Under the pieces are notes generated by a model. The model saw only the letters and a program-made list of their open reading frames with translations, was not told where the DNA came from and did not search any database. A stretch of 64,000 bases of DNA from Paragordius varius (taxonomy: Eukaryota; Animalia; Nematomorpha): the NCBI GenBank assembly GCA_964247055.1, contig OZ176052.1, positions 11,780,001-11,844,000 of the forward strand, given 5' to 3'. Both the position numbers and the translations under genes were made by a program. Positions 27,791 through 41,694 of this stretch are shown here, one piece after another; position 1 is the first letter of the stretch; each line of letters begins with the position of its first letter.

Positions 27791-28829
27791 AATTTTTAAT
27801 TATGTTTTAGAATCAATAAGTATATAAATTTAACTTTTTTGTCATTTTCATGTGTTGTGTCAAAAAACGGAGGATATAATCTTTATAGGATAAATATTCT
27901 ATCGCAGCACTATTTTGATTATATGTGGTCTTTTATAAATGATTCAATAATTTATTAAAACTTGTCTCTAAAATGATAAGCTGTAACTAGAGGTTTAACA
28001 TTAATTTATTTTAACAAATATGCTTACATACACACAAGATTGGTCATTCATTTTATAATTCATATTATTCTTTTCATTATTTATATTTTGTAGATGATGT
28101 AAGTATTTTTGACATGAACAAGCACCAAATTTGAAATATTAATAATCTATATATATATATTTGAATAACATTATCTTTATTATTCATCCCCTTCTCCTCC
28201 TCCTTTTTTGCTATCCAATTGTCATCTCTTAACAGTTACTTATCATTAATAATATTGCTATGTTAAACGTTTTATTTCCAACATTTTATTCAAATTAACT
28301 GCCTGACTTACTTATATATAAAACCTAAACCAGAAAAAATCATTTTTTCTTACTATTATTATTACCATTTCGGAACGTGATAAATATTACGAGTTTTATT
28401 ATCTAGCCATCATTATAAGACATATTTTCCAAATATTATTATAGATATGATTGTTATCATGAATATGGTTGGCGAAAATGATGGCATGTAACCACAAGAG
28501 ATTCTTCTATTTCCGCAATGCTTTACGGTAAACAGTTTACATAAAATATATCAATATGCACTTTTTATATTAGTATATGTACTAAAGGTGATTGGATTAT
28601 CATAAAAATTTATCGGTTCGAAACATTTATCAATAGCTTAACTAAATATACGATTAGTTAGATCACATTTTATTTGGGAGTTTTACTTGTGATTTATTTG
28701 TATGAATAAAAATTCAAAAAAATTATTCATCTCTCTCATTTGGTTAGCGAATATTCTTTGGATTACGTATATCTACAAGGGACTATTTTACATGTGTTGC
28801 GTCTTACTAAATATTTTCATCCTTGATTT

Positions 28830-29082
28830 ACTACACCTTAATTCACCCTTAAACACTTCAAATTCACGCAGAACATTATAAATTTACCCTAAAATATATT
28901 ATGTATTTTGGAATAAAATTTACCTATATTTTTAAAAAATGCAATTTCGTTTAATTACATAATACAGAAAAAACATGCCACAAAGAATTATTTTATATTA
29001 AAAAGGACCTAAATTAGCCCAAAAACACATAATTTATTTTTAGGATAAAATGTTCAGGGGTGAATTTGTAATGTAAATGGTA
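28830..29082. mobile_element. Second, more decayed copy of the 20370-20624 MITE family
   Basis: It has the same right end (gggtgaatttg.a.tgtaaatggta) and the same aattcaccctt/ttcaaattcac sub-repeats at the left. Confidence 0.6.
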
Positions 29083-29879
29083 TCCTATTGAATAGTACAT
29101 CGGAACTTTATCAATATCATCATTAGGCATTAATCCAAACAATCCTATTAAAGAAAGTTCTATATTTTCCCAATATTTTTTCTGTGTTATATAAGGTGTT
29201 TCAATATTTAACAAGCTAGTTTTCTTTATATAAAGATATTTGCTAGTATGAAAATTGTCAAATAGCCTGAACTCTGCCGTCATGCATCCAGAGGATTTAA
29301 TCTGACTAATTATAAATGCATTTAGACCTTTGAAAATAAGTCAAAAACTTGCAGACACGTGTTTATCACGATATTAGATTCGATATAAAAAAAACTTAGA
29401 GTTAGAAATCCCCTATACTAAATTTTTAAATTTGCATCAATTGCTATATATATATTATGAAAACTATAAAGTCCGATTTTTATGGTTCAAGATAAATATT
29501 TTGTCGTACTAATGAGCACTTATTTTATGACTGCATTAATCAATACCGGTTAATATTAGTGATTTTGTAATTAATTTAAGCATGTATATCCACCTAATTT
29601 TAGATTGACCTCTTTTGCGGGTTTCCTCAAAACCTAATGATGGTTTTTTCCCAATCGTATCGTATCATATTAGATATTTTAATTGTTCACAAGATATATT
29701 GTAGAGCAGTTATTGTTCATGGATAAACAGATTTATGAATTGGAGATGTAAGCTTTTAAACCCAAGATTTTTCGGAAGAAACACATTAATTAGTTTATAT
29801 GAGATTATTATTTGGTAACCATGATTAAGATCTATCATCAACGAGAGGATACATTCTAGTATAAGCGGAATATTAAAAA

Positions 29880-30260
29880 TTTTTGGCCGTTAGTTTGCCC
29901 GTAATACGCCCTAAAGCCAAGCAGGCAGGATGTCAGATTTCAAATTACCACCTGACGCAATATGGAATCTAGGTATTTGGGCTGCTTTATCTCTTTAATT
30001 TTGGAATTACGATTGCCATGAATCTAACATCAGTCCCATTAATTTTGCCTCCATTAAGTTTATTGAGTTAATCATTCATGGGAAAAAATGATTTTGCATT
30101 GAGAACAGGTCCGTCGGCTTAGGGGATTAAAAAGTAATTTTACGAAACCCACTCCAACATATCAGGAAAAAATTACTGTAATATCAATTTTTAACTATAT
30201 AAGTAGGCCATGTTGATTGAGCTAAAAACAGCGCTAGACACCAATTAAATAATCAAAAAT
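29880..30260 (-). mobile_element. Decayed non-LTR retrotransposon reverse transcriptase fragment (catalytic to thumb region, RTE-like)
   Basis: Minus-strand translation across stops and frameshifts gives IP*ADGPVLNAKS (YADD-like), EAKLMGLML, KEIKQPKYLDSI and SGGNLKSDI. Order and spacing fit LINE RT motifs YADD..., GLxIN and KYLGSxIxxDG. Recognised by eye only. Confidence 0.45.
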
Positions 30261-31230
30261 CCCTGATTTTCAAATATGGTTTAAATAATTTATAGCACAG
30301 AGTATTTCGAATACATTATAAAATACCAATAATGCTTAAAGCAAGGCTAAAACAAAACCGTAACCACGTGGAACCAGTTCTTCACAAAAATTTAGAAACC
30401 ACATCGTTTTTTAGAATTTAGGGGCCTACCCGGTTCCGGGCTTAACTTCCTGGACCAATCTACCTCTGACAGTCCAAACAAGTCTATTTTATACGTCTTT
30501 TCATCAAAAATGATTTCAGGGAAAAAAATATTTTTACTTTTATTTTAATCTGTTATTTTTGCCAGTTTATTTTGAGAAAAATCCTGTATCTAGACGCGCA
30601 ATATAATAGTGAACGAAGTTTTAAGGTAAAGAATATTTTATTATTCTACAAACGCATTTAAGATGTAATAATATATTTTTTCAAAAGACAACCATTTTTT
30701 AACTTAATTTTTCTTATATAAATTATGATAACAATTGTTTCATACTTTGCCATTTTAAACAATGTATTATATTTAAAAAAATCTATATTTGAAAAGCATG
30801 GTTATTTAGAATGGAATATTTGTCTTTATAATTTTACGTTTGGGTCTGTATAATTTCAGCTTTTACTGTAAGTAGTGACTATTTTAAAATTCATTTCCGT
30901 CAAAATATAAAAACGATAGTATTGGTATCATTTAAGGCATCACTTAAAAATTTGACAAACGTTTCTGTAATACTCATCCTGTTTTAACATTAATGGCCGT
31001 ACAAATCATTCAATTTTTTTTATCGATTGGTTGTATGTCGAACAAAGCTTTTCTAAGTATTTACATAATAAAAGTAGTTTGACCACAAAATTACTTAGTT
31101 GTTTATTTAAAACTAAACAAAGATTTTTAAATTACACCTAATTAGAGTACTTTTTCATCATGCATTTGGCTATTATATTTCTTCCAATATTATTAATTGA
31201 ATTTATAATTTTTCATATATTGTTTATACA

Positions 31231-32522
31231 TACCATTTTTCATGCAAAAACATCATTTTTTCAACCAAACGCACCATTTTTTCAAACAAACGCAACATTT
31301 TTTCAAGCAAACGCAACATTTTTTCAAGCAAACGCAACATTTTTTTATCCAAACGCAACATTTTTTCAACCAAAGACAACATTTTTTCAAGCAAAAACAA
31401 CAATTTTTTAAAAATTAAAAACCATTTTTTTTATTTTAAGACATATTAAATTTAAAGTTAATGGAAATTAATTTTAGTGTAGAATTATGATTTTTATTAT
31501 TTTATCATAAATATGTGATGGTATGATTGATTTTCAAACAAAATTTTGCCCATAATTGCATTATTTATATTATTTTTCTTTTACAACAGTTTCACTAAAT
31601 CAATAAATACAACTTGCGCTTTAAGAGTGTCTTGTTTAAAGTTTCTTTCATTTTTTTGCAAACAACCGTTATTTTCGTATGTAATTATCTATTTTTTTAA
31701 TTTAAACTAATATCTTTATTTATTAGTATTTAAATCAAAAATAATATTTTTATAGTAAAAACATCTTTATTTGTTTCGAACTAATTTTCTTTAAATCAAT
31801 ATTATTAACTTATTGATGTTTTAAACTAAATATTACGATTCATAACCCACGAATCATAGATGTTTAATAATGTTTAATTTTTTTTATAAAAAATAATATT
31901 GATATACGGTTCTTATGAAAGAAATGGTATTCCCTTAAAAGTTTAGGAAATAAAGAAAATAGGTTAATGATAGGATAGATGAATATAATATTGCTTGATT
32001 AATAAAAGTTAGAATCAAAATTAAAATATTGAAGGACCAAATTGAAGTGTTCTAGGACCAACTTTAAATTTTCAAGGACAATTTTGAAGCGCAAAATGTA
32101 TGGACTGATAAGGTTAAACTAAAGTTGTAAAAGAATAAAATAATATAAATAATGCAATTATGGGCAAAATTTTGTTTGAAAATCAATCATACCATCACTT
32201 ATTTATGATAAAATAATAAAAATCATAATTCTACGCTAAAATTAATTTCCATTAACTTTAAATTTAATATGTCTTAAAATAAAAAAAATGGTTTTTAATT
32301 TTTAAAAAATTGTTGTTTTGCTTGAAAAAATGTTGTCTTTGGTTGAAAAATGTTGCGTTTGCTTGAAAAAATGTTGCGTTTGCTTGAAAAAATGTTGCGT
32401 TTGCTTGAAAAAATGATGTCTTTGCTTGAAAAAATGTTGCGTTTGCTTGAAAAAATGTTGCGTTTGGTTGAAAAAATGTTGCATTAGGTTGAAAAAATGA
32501 TGTTTTTGCATGAAAAATGGTA
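31231..32522. mobile_element. Foldback-like element: ~355/397 bp inverted arms with 21 bp tandem sub-repeats and a ~535 bp spacer
   Basis: 31233-31587 is the near-perfect reverse complement of 32124-32520. The arms carry 8 versus 10 copies of cattttttcaagcaaacgcaa. Ends are TA-CCATTTTTC...GAAAAATGG-TA. Confidence 0.88.
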
Positions 32523-33659
32523 TATATTAATAATGAAAATGTTCCATTAAAATCATTATATGAAAACCAACTTAGGAGGAGGTTTCAATCAAGAACCGGT
32601 CCGTAATCACAAATGGATTCAAGAAACCAATCTGGTTTGATTTTTAAATTTTAGTCGGTTTCAGTTTTAACCGTCCAAGAACCATTCATTTCCGGTTCTA
32701 CTTTTTCGGTCTGAGAAGCCCTGCTTTTGAGTAGGTCCCGACTCCCTCATAAAAACCCAATAATAATAATATTTTTTTTACCTGTGTGGGCTTTATATAT
32801 TAGTTTAATAAGATTTGCACGGTAGTAGGTTGTTTTCGACGGCCAAAAATAACCGGCCTGACTGCCTTTAAATGGAGTCTATAATACTTATAATTAGTTT
32901 TAAAATATCTGAATTTGAAACATCTTAAAAAAAAATCAATCCGCCTTTATAAGTAAGGTTATTAAATGACAAACATAAAAAAGGTAGAAAAGGTGTAGGA
33001 AACCATTGTTTTATACGCATATACATAAAAAAATTACGGTAAACATATGTTTAAATTTTTATTGTCATTTTTAGCGGTCACGTAACGGTAATAAATACAA
33101 CCATAGCCGGTTAAATTTAAAAATATCCAATATTTTATATATTGATGTCTTTTAGAATATTACATTAATTATCCTTTAAGGAAAAAAATACTTTTTGTGG
33201 TGATTTCGGAAACAATAGTGATAAATATTAAAACATGTAGAAATTTTGTGTAAATTAGTGTAATTATGACATATTTTATTTAATAATAATTAATTTTTGA
33301 TTAATTGCTTGAATTAACATAAGTTTACAATCATTTATTCTGCATCACCTTAATCGACCCTATTAAAAATCTCAGGTAAATCAAAACAATTTGTGCCAAA
33401 AAGCACACATAACTTTAGGAAAATTGGACTAAAATTTTAAGTTGATTATTATCATAGGTAGGTTAATATATTATTGATATAAAACTACGTTTCTAGTAGC
33501 CAGTATAAAAACTTTCCATATACACTATATTTCATGATAATTAAGTTAAGTTAAATATTCTCTGCCTTAACTCTAAACAATATAACGCAGTTAAAAAGGT
33601 AATTCTTTTTTGGACATTAACTGATAATTAAATCTGTCACATTTCAAATAGTACTTCTT

Positions 33660-33960
33660 TTCATCCATTTTACTTGTTATTTTCCACAATTACTGGTAAA
33701 GTGAGTTTTAAAGCCGGTCAAATCCTGCCTTCTTTAAATGTTAATAAAATTAAAATTTACATCCCCAACTAAATCAAAGCTGACACTGGTCTCAGTTTAC
33801 AACACAAATAGGTTCTGACTTCATCAATTTTTAATACTGCCATTGCCAACCAGGTATTATTCATTCAGTTTTCAACTATAATACCATAACACTTTGAGTT
33901 CATCCCGCATCGATTCAGGTGCATTTTGAATTTCAAATTTAAAAGAAAGGATTGGAAGTT
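33660..33960 (-). mobile_element. Decayed non-LTR retrotransposon RT fragment (N-terminal RT domains, RTE-like)
   Basis: Frameshifted translation gives IQNAPESMRDELK, IIPGW, CCKLRPVSAL, KAGFDR and LTLPVIVE, matching the order IPxxW / NxRPISLL / QxGFR / IFTLxQIIE. Recognised by eye only. Confidence 0.45.
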
Positions 33961-36900
33961 TGAAATGACTAACTTTTCTTAGAGTATTTTAAAATGCATA
34001 TATGTTCTCCCTGTTTGTTTCGAGCTAATTTTGTGGTTTGTACTTTGTCTTCGCCCTTTTGTTACGAAGGTTTGAGTACGCATAGCATATTTGAGATGAA
34101 GTTATTTAAATTTTCAAACATAGATTTTAAAAAGTCACTTTTTTATTTTGGTTTATTTGCATGACGAATATCATAAATTAATTATCGGATATATAAGCAT
34201 TTCATAATTTTTCCGAATGTAATTATAAAATGTTGAAAAATTCTCATTAATTTCCCATTTTAAAAATTGGTTGTTTATGTTTTATCCTTATTGTCAATGA
34301 AAATTGTATAGCTGGGATAACCAGCTTGCCCAGACAGTAATGTTTTAATTGAACCATTACATACTCACATGATAGCTCTACTATACATACACTTTAAAAA
34401 TTGATATAGAAACCTTTATTATTGGTCGAAATATAAAATATTGTTAATAAATTATACGTTATCCAATAATTTTTACTTTTAATTTTCATTTGTTTAATTA
34501 GATAAATTAGATAACATAGTTTAGTAGATTAATTAGCAATCAAGTTTTAAACAAAATCGTAACATACCATGTTGAAAATATAGAAAACCATCGATTAACT
34601 ATTTTCATTTATCAAGTTAAAGGACATAGCATATAATACATAAATGTTTTTGGGTTTAATTCTTCGATAAATATTTTCTGAATATATTATTATTTTCAGG
34701 TAACAACCGAAAGAAAAATAAATACACTATTCAAACATGATGAGGCAAATGGTAATTTTTAATTATACAATATGTTAAATATTTATTTAAATTTTGACGA
34801 ATATTGCATTACCCATACAATTTTATTGAAAGAATAGATGTGGGGCTTACTTTACCCCGATTTCATTGAGTGTAAAATTTATTTATACTCGTTTTTTCTG
34901 AATAAAATTATAAATCCTAATACTTAAATTAAAAAGAGAAAGTATCCTTTTTATATTTTTAAACCTCTTTCAAAATTTCACAAGCTAAAATCCAAGAAAA
35001 TTGATCATTAAATATTCTTTTGGATTTAATTGACTTTAATTATTTTCAATGTGTTTATAAATATAATTTTCTGATTTTAAGGTCGTATCTTTGGCAATTT
35101 TTGTACCATTTTTTGAATAGATTTTAATAAATAATTCAAAATTTATCAGCATTTACATATAAACATAAATAGTGTTCAAATTAAAATGAATTATCTTATC
35201 ATATTGAAAAGTTGCACAAATAATCACACAATATTTAAAGTGGAGCTCATAACTAATATTCCATTGAAATCTAAGAACGTAAAGCTAACTAAATAAAGAT
35301 GATGGGCTTGGCTTCTATATGGCTCACCCTTTTATAATAAATTACCACATTCATTTTTAATCGCCCTTTTTTAAATTATTATTTTTCAAATAGAAGCTCC
35401 TTTTTATTTTACCTAATTAATCCACCGCAATCATAGGTTTCATTCGCACAAACAATCATACATATACATTTTAATTGTTATTGTCCACCTTTTTTATATA
35501 TAAACATCACCTCCTACATATATATATATAGCGGTTGTAGCTAATTTTTAATGATAATGGAAGGCTTAATCAGATTTGAAATATAAAAATTGGTTTTAAT
35601 TTTTTTGTATGGTTTCACATTTTTTATCACAAGTAATTATTAGAATTATCATAGGTTTTAATAGTTTTTATATGGCAAAAGCTCAGCCCAGACGGGAATT
35701 TTTAATATGTAAATGATTAGTAAGTATTGTATACAAGGTTTTAAAGTTATCCGACTATTGATTAATCAGCAGGCCAACTTAATAAACGTATGAGTTACAT
35801 AGTATATAGAAAACTGAGATCCACTGGTGTGTGCACAAAGATAGTATATTATTAACTCCAATATCTACAAAAGATGCGGTTCCTACCTGATTTTTATTAA
35901 TTTTAAATTTTAGGAAAATCTAAAAATTTCATTTTTTTTTCAAAAAAGGGTGTCAAGATTCTTGCGCATTAATAGCGAAATTATTATCGTTCGTAGTCCT
36001 CTGTCAGAAGCAAAGGGGAATAAATAAACAACCAATTTGAGTAGAAAAAATGACCTGGTAATATCTGAGAACGTTTAGGCTTAAAAGAATGCTATTCTAT
36101 AAAAATGGTCGACGATAGGGTCTGGAAAGCCTTTTGGGCTGCTAAAACCGCTTATTGATCGTGATTGCTAGTTGGATTAATGTTATATACCATAAGTGCC
36201 AAACTATCTTCTATTCTAATGTCGTTTAAACATGATTATTATTGTGTTCATGAAATAAGTCTGATTTGATGGGGAATATTTGTTATCGTGTTCGACAAAG
36301 TGTTTCAATAGTTAGCATTGTTTTTGGTTACGTATGGATTGTGCCTGTTCAAACCCATGAAGCTGAATTACTCTCCATGCTTATCTAGATGCCATCATTA
36401 AGTTTAAAGTATTTAAAAAAAGTGTCATTAAATTATAGAAGCATGTTTTGGTAGATTTCTTTATGACTTAAGAAGTTTATATTTTTTTTCTGGATTGGGA
36501 TTGATCTTTTGGCATATTTTTTTCAATATTTCAGTTAAGCAATATTTTTAATGATTGTATTTTTTTATCACATGATTTCCCTATGTAAATCAACTAAATG
36601 TTTTATGAGGAGTAAAGTTATCTGGAATATAAAAATTTTGTCTTCTTTTTTATGTATGGTATAAACTGTACAATTAACCCCGGATAAATATATACCCAAA
36701 AGTTATATCGTTTAATTGTATTTTAAAATGTATGTAGTGTACTATGTCAGTCTAAGCTACCCACCCTCTAATTTATGTATTAAAATAGGTTTGATTTCAG
36801 TTTTATAATTTAAAGTAATTGTTGAACAATCATATTTCAAGTTTTGATGATTTAGCATAATTTTGATGATTTGTACATTGTTACATATAATAATTATTTA

Positions 36901-37183
36901 TAGGTATCATTAATATCAAATAATAGGTATTATTAGTTAAAAATTGGAAACTATTGGGAAGAAAAGTTTGTGGTATTTGTAAAATAGTTTGACATAGTCG
37001 ACGTGTTTATAATGTTTTTAGGTCTCAGGGGTAATTTATTTTATGGGGACACAGTAAATCCCGCATATTGACGAACAACCAAAGTCTTTCCTAGCTTTGT
37101 AACTGGGATCTAAACTGGCCTGTATAGCTGTATAACAGATATTGGACATTAAAATAAAGGGCTGATTAAAGTTTATTAAAAAT

Positions 37184-38085
37184 TAGAGCTTCCCAGAACC
37201 CGGTTCCTGACATGTCAGCAGGAGCAGGTTTGGGTTGAAATCAGCCTGGTTTCGGTTTGATTCAACCCTCAGGAACCAGTTCGGTTCCGCTACCTCCAAA
37301 ATGGTAGTTTGTTAAAAAAATTAAATTTATTGGTTTTTATAATTAAATATTGATTGCATAATAATATTTTTTACAGTTTTCCATCAAAATAGACAATACT
37401 GTTTAAATATTATTTTTTTAAAAAAAATATAACATTTTTTCCCGTATCCGATTGAAATAAAATTACCATGTTGACAAATTTTTAAATATCACCAACAAAT
37501 GAAGAGAACAAACAATTATTTACGTATTTTTTTAATCCTAGATTAAAAAAATTTTAAATTGATTAATCTTGTAAAAAACCATTAACTATATCGTCCGACA
37601 AAAAAATGAACCACATACACAAACAGCCCACCGGCACATGAGGCCCTTTAGAATTTTTTGGCCACGGATTTAAAAATATTAATATTTTATCATATAAGGT
37701 TACATTACCGGTACTTATTATAACTGCTGCATATAAAAAAACTTTTCCACGCTAAGTTAATATCAGATCAGACAAGTAGTCTGACGACCGAGCTACAATC
37801 ATTTATCAAAGTAAATTTCCTACATGGATGTGAAATTTAATACAAATACAGTTATTAATTACCTTTGCACTTATACATTTGTTTTAAATTTTTATAATGG
37901 ATTATGTTTTGATTAACGATTGTTGATATTTTGGTTTCTATTTTAGTAAAATGTTGTATAAAACATTTAATTAATGGTCAAAAATCAAAATGGAACCTGT
38001 TCCAAATAAAGAAACGATTCCGCAACCGGTAAATTTTTAATGACCCAACCCGGTTCCTCTTTCACTAAACCGGTTTGAGGCTCTG
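37184..38085. mobile_element. Candidate hAT-like non-autonomous element with subterminal AACCGGTT/GGTTCC motifs
   Basis: Ends TAGAGCTTCCCAGAACCCGGTT and AACCGGTTTGAGGCTCTG are imperfect inverted repeats, with motif clusters at both ends. Similar clusters occur at ~30350-30450, ~32590-32720 and ~55140-55375. No TSD was found. Confidence 0.35.
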
Positions 38086-38519
38086 ATATAATTTCATATT
38101 TTACGCATGATAAAATAAACACGATAAATTTTTTAAACAATCATCTATATTATGATTGTTGTTAAACACACATAACAATTATAAGAAATTAATATCATTT
38201 TATATTATAAATTTGTATATTTTAAACCATTTTGAACGTGATATAAACATTTTTGTAAAAAAAGGAGTGTTCTCTTTGGTTTTGCCTTTTTGTAAAAAAA
38301 TAGTTTTTTTATAAAAGACAACTAAAGGATTTGATTTAAGCTTTAAATAATTTAAAAAAATGGTAAACCCACCCTTTCATAAATTTGCTTTTTTCTCCTC
38401 TCATGACATAAAGATCACAGAAGACTTGCAGTTAGATATATTGTTACTTTTGAGATTATATCACAATTTCACCCGTTTAACAAGTCTGAACAAGACACTG
38501 AAATTGATGAAACACTCTA

Positions 38520-38960
38520 AATTGTGATTTATTATGCAAATGACACGGGGATCTTGCAGATCTATTTTTTAATTAAAACAATTACGCAAACCCTAGAAGA
38601 ATGATAATTAAAAACTTAAGATGGTACGATTGCCAAATCGAATTTGCAACTAATACTCTTTGACTGACATAAAACAATCCAATAAGTCAAACAATCGTTC
38701 CCATGCTATGTAAAAGCCACGGGTTAGTTATTTTTGAATAAAAAAATTGACGGAAGATCCCCTACAATATTTGACAAAAATATTCCAAAATTCATTCATA
38801 AGCCACAAGTTATTAACCTTTATCACAAGTGAAACAATTCATTGTGAATGTGTTAAGACAGTAATAAATTTTAAGGGGGCATGGAAGAGAAAAATGTAAA
38901 TGGATTATATTTAAAAATATTAAAACTCCTGCCAGAATATAATGCAAATCTCAAACACGA
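38520..38960 (+). mobile_element. Possible highly decayed LINE RT fragment
   Basis: IYYANDTGIL resembles YADDTAIL and is followed by weak LEE*/KKLT remnants, with many stops. Confidence 0.25.
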
Positions 38961-41290
38961 ATGTTTAACAATTTATGATATTGTAAATGTCAGAGTCGTC
39001 CTTAGTTTTTATTTAGTACATTTATAATGTAAAAGTAGGATCAAGAAAATTATACAGAAAAAACCTAAAATATATCACTTATTAGGGTGTAATTCAGATA
39101 AATGAAAAATTCAAAGATCTCAAATTTCACCCTATATATCAGTCATATGAGAAGAACATGTAGCTTGTCTTAGTATTAGGAAATATTTTTGAGACGGTCT
39201 TTTAAAATAAAATAGACACTTTTATCATTGTATTATTTAATTTTAATGGCCAAAAGCAGCTATTGTATAGAAATCTAGATTTGGATTTATGGCAAATTTT
39301 AAGGATTCTTATTCAAATAACTTTGCCGTCTCTCTAAGTGTTCTTGATTAACATTTGTAGCGCTAATGATTCTAAATTATCATAATTACGACCATTATTA
39401 TATATTGGCAATAACGTAACGTTTGTTATAAAAAATATTTAACAAGATTATTAATACGCTTTTTACTTTAGTGATTGGATCTTATTATAAGGGTTAATAA
39501 CTAATTTATGCAATGCTGCCAAATGGACTTAATAAGTCTCAGAATCTTGCATTAATGCCGAGATAATGTTTCATAGTTTCTTATTATGAGTAACATCATT
39601 TTCCGTATTTCGCTGAATTTTAATGTTTTTCTGCTAAAGAATTTTTTTTCAAATAAGATTTAGTCAAATATTTAATGATAAATGTATAAAAACGATACAT
39701 AATTAAAAATTAATGAGCTTTTGAAAACAACCTTGACGCATATTTTTTCAACATTTTTGCACATTATTATCACATTTAGTCAATATAAAACATAACATTT
39801 AAGTCGCCAAAAGATTTGCAAAATTATATTTAATTGTCCCAACTTTATCAAAAAAATGTATAATGTTGACTATTCGAATAGTTTGAAATTTATTGTTTTC
39901 ACATTTTTATGTTAATAAATGTAGTAAGGATTTTTAGTTTTTTATGCATTTTTTTTGCAATAATATAAAATAAAATTTGGGAAAATAAATAAAATAAATA
40001 TTTATTATAAAATTAATAAATAAATTTATATCATTATCGGTAACTATGAGAAAATCACCTTTATCCTTACATATTAAAAAATACACTATACTTAATTATA
40101 TTTTTACGGATTTCGAAATATGCAAATAATATAGATAGGCATTAAAATAATTTTTTTTGTGCGAAAAAATCCGCTCATGTATTATCATTATAACATTTTA
40201 TATGTTGGCGAAAACGGCTTTTTTGACAATCAAAACGTGTTGTACTTGTCGTTATAAAGATTAAAAATTTAAGGTAATATCTGATTTTAAAATGATGCAG
40301 GTATTAACCGGATATATTTTATTCTTAAAAGCGGTTAAAAGAATAGTATCAAAATTCTAGCCTTACGGGAGTAACAATAATTTTAATAATTATTAATGTG
40401 AAAATATTTATTTAATAATCGATCAAAGTAATACTTAGGTTATATAAAAATTAAACCATATATTGTTTAAGAAATATGCAATTAAATAAACCACCATTAA
40501 TTTTACCTCCCTTGGGGAATTTTTATAGTTTAAAAAAATTTAGCGAGTCTAAAAATTGCTAAATTTTTACTGACCTTGAGAATTTAGATGACTATTTATA
40601 ACTCGTAGTGCCTTGTTTTAACTATATAGTTAAATAATTCAAATAATCAAACATTTTATATTAGAGATACAGTATATATTTGATTAAAACATGGTGCGAT
40701 CAATATTTCATAAGTCAAAATGAAAATCATACTGGGATAAATGTAACATTTTTTTACTCATTCAACAATTTTAATATAATTAGTAGATTTAAATGGCGAC
40801 CTACTGAATCAGATTGGATATAAAAGTATATCCTAATTGCAAATGAATAACCATAGAAAACCAAAATTTTTAAACAATGCTCCCACTTGTTACACTGTGA
40901 GGTGCGTTTAGTCCTTGTTATGAACTAAATGATTTTGTACTAAATAGAGTTGGTGAAGTAAAACATAGAACTTTAGAGTTGAACGTGGACAGCCAACAAT
41001 ATCTAATCAAATATTATATATCTCTATAAATCCTTTTGCTATATTTAGCTTTTTATCATTAGAAAATCATAATTTTTTACCGGAGAGCGCCCTCTTTATT
41101 TAAGACAAGAGATATTTCCTTTCGATGTTTTTGTTCCATAATTAAATTTTTTAAATTAGTTTAATTCGGAATTTAAGCACACAAAAACCACAATAATATA
41201 TTTTGTCTTTTTTAAAACGAAAAGAATATTATTGTTTTAACACTCCATTACCTTTTGGGGTAGTTTAATATTCCAGAGCGATTTGAAATT

Positions 41291-41694
41291 AGAATATTTT
41301 AAAAGCATTTAAGGTAATTAAGCCTACCTTTTACTCACATTGTAAAAAAGGTTTTTTAAAAATTTAAAATAAAAAAATCCTTATAATAAACTTTTTCGCC
41401 GCCTTTTTGTCTTTAAATTTTTTTACAGCCCTTAGGCAATAAACAAATAAATATATATTATAGTAAAATGTAAATAATTAACTCTAGAATCAGAATATTT
41501 TAAAAGCATTTAAGGTAATTAAGCCTACCTTTTACTCACATTGTAAAAAAGGTTTTTTAAAAATTTAAAATAAAAAATCCTTATAATAAACTTTTTCGCC
41601 GCCTTTTTGTCTTTAAATTTTTTTACAGCCCTTAGGCAATAAACAAATAAATATATATTATAGTTATAAAATGTAAATAATTAACTCTAGAATC
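41291..41694. repeat. Near-identical direct tandem duplication, 201 bp period
   Basis: agaatattttaaaagcatttaaggtaattaagcctacc...taactctagaat starts at both 41291 and 41492. The copies differ only by small indels. Confidence 0.92.

Noticed and set aside
29014-29283. 89 aa minus-strand ORF (MTAEFRLFDNF...)
   Set aside because: It overlaps a MITE end and has no recognisable motif or splice context.
31160-32511. ORFs with heptad repeats (FFQANAT; FFKQTQH)
   Set aside because: Both are readings of the 21 bp sub-repeats in the foldback arms.
36100-36640. Weak RT-like words on the minus strand (QLHGFEQAQS; NINFLSHKEIY)
   Set aside because: Too degenerate to distinguish from chance without a profile search.
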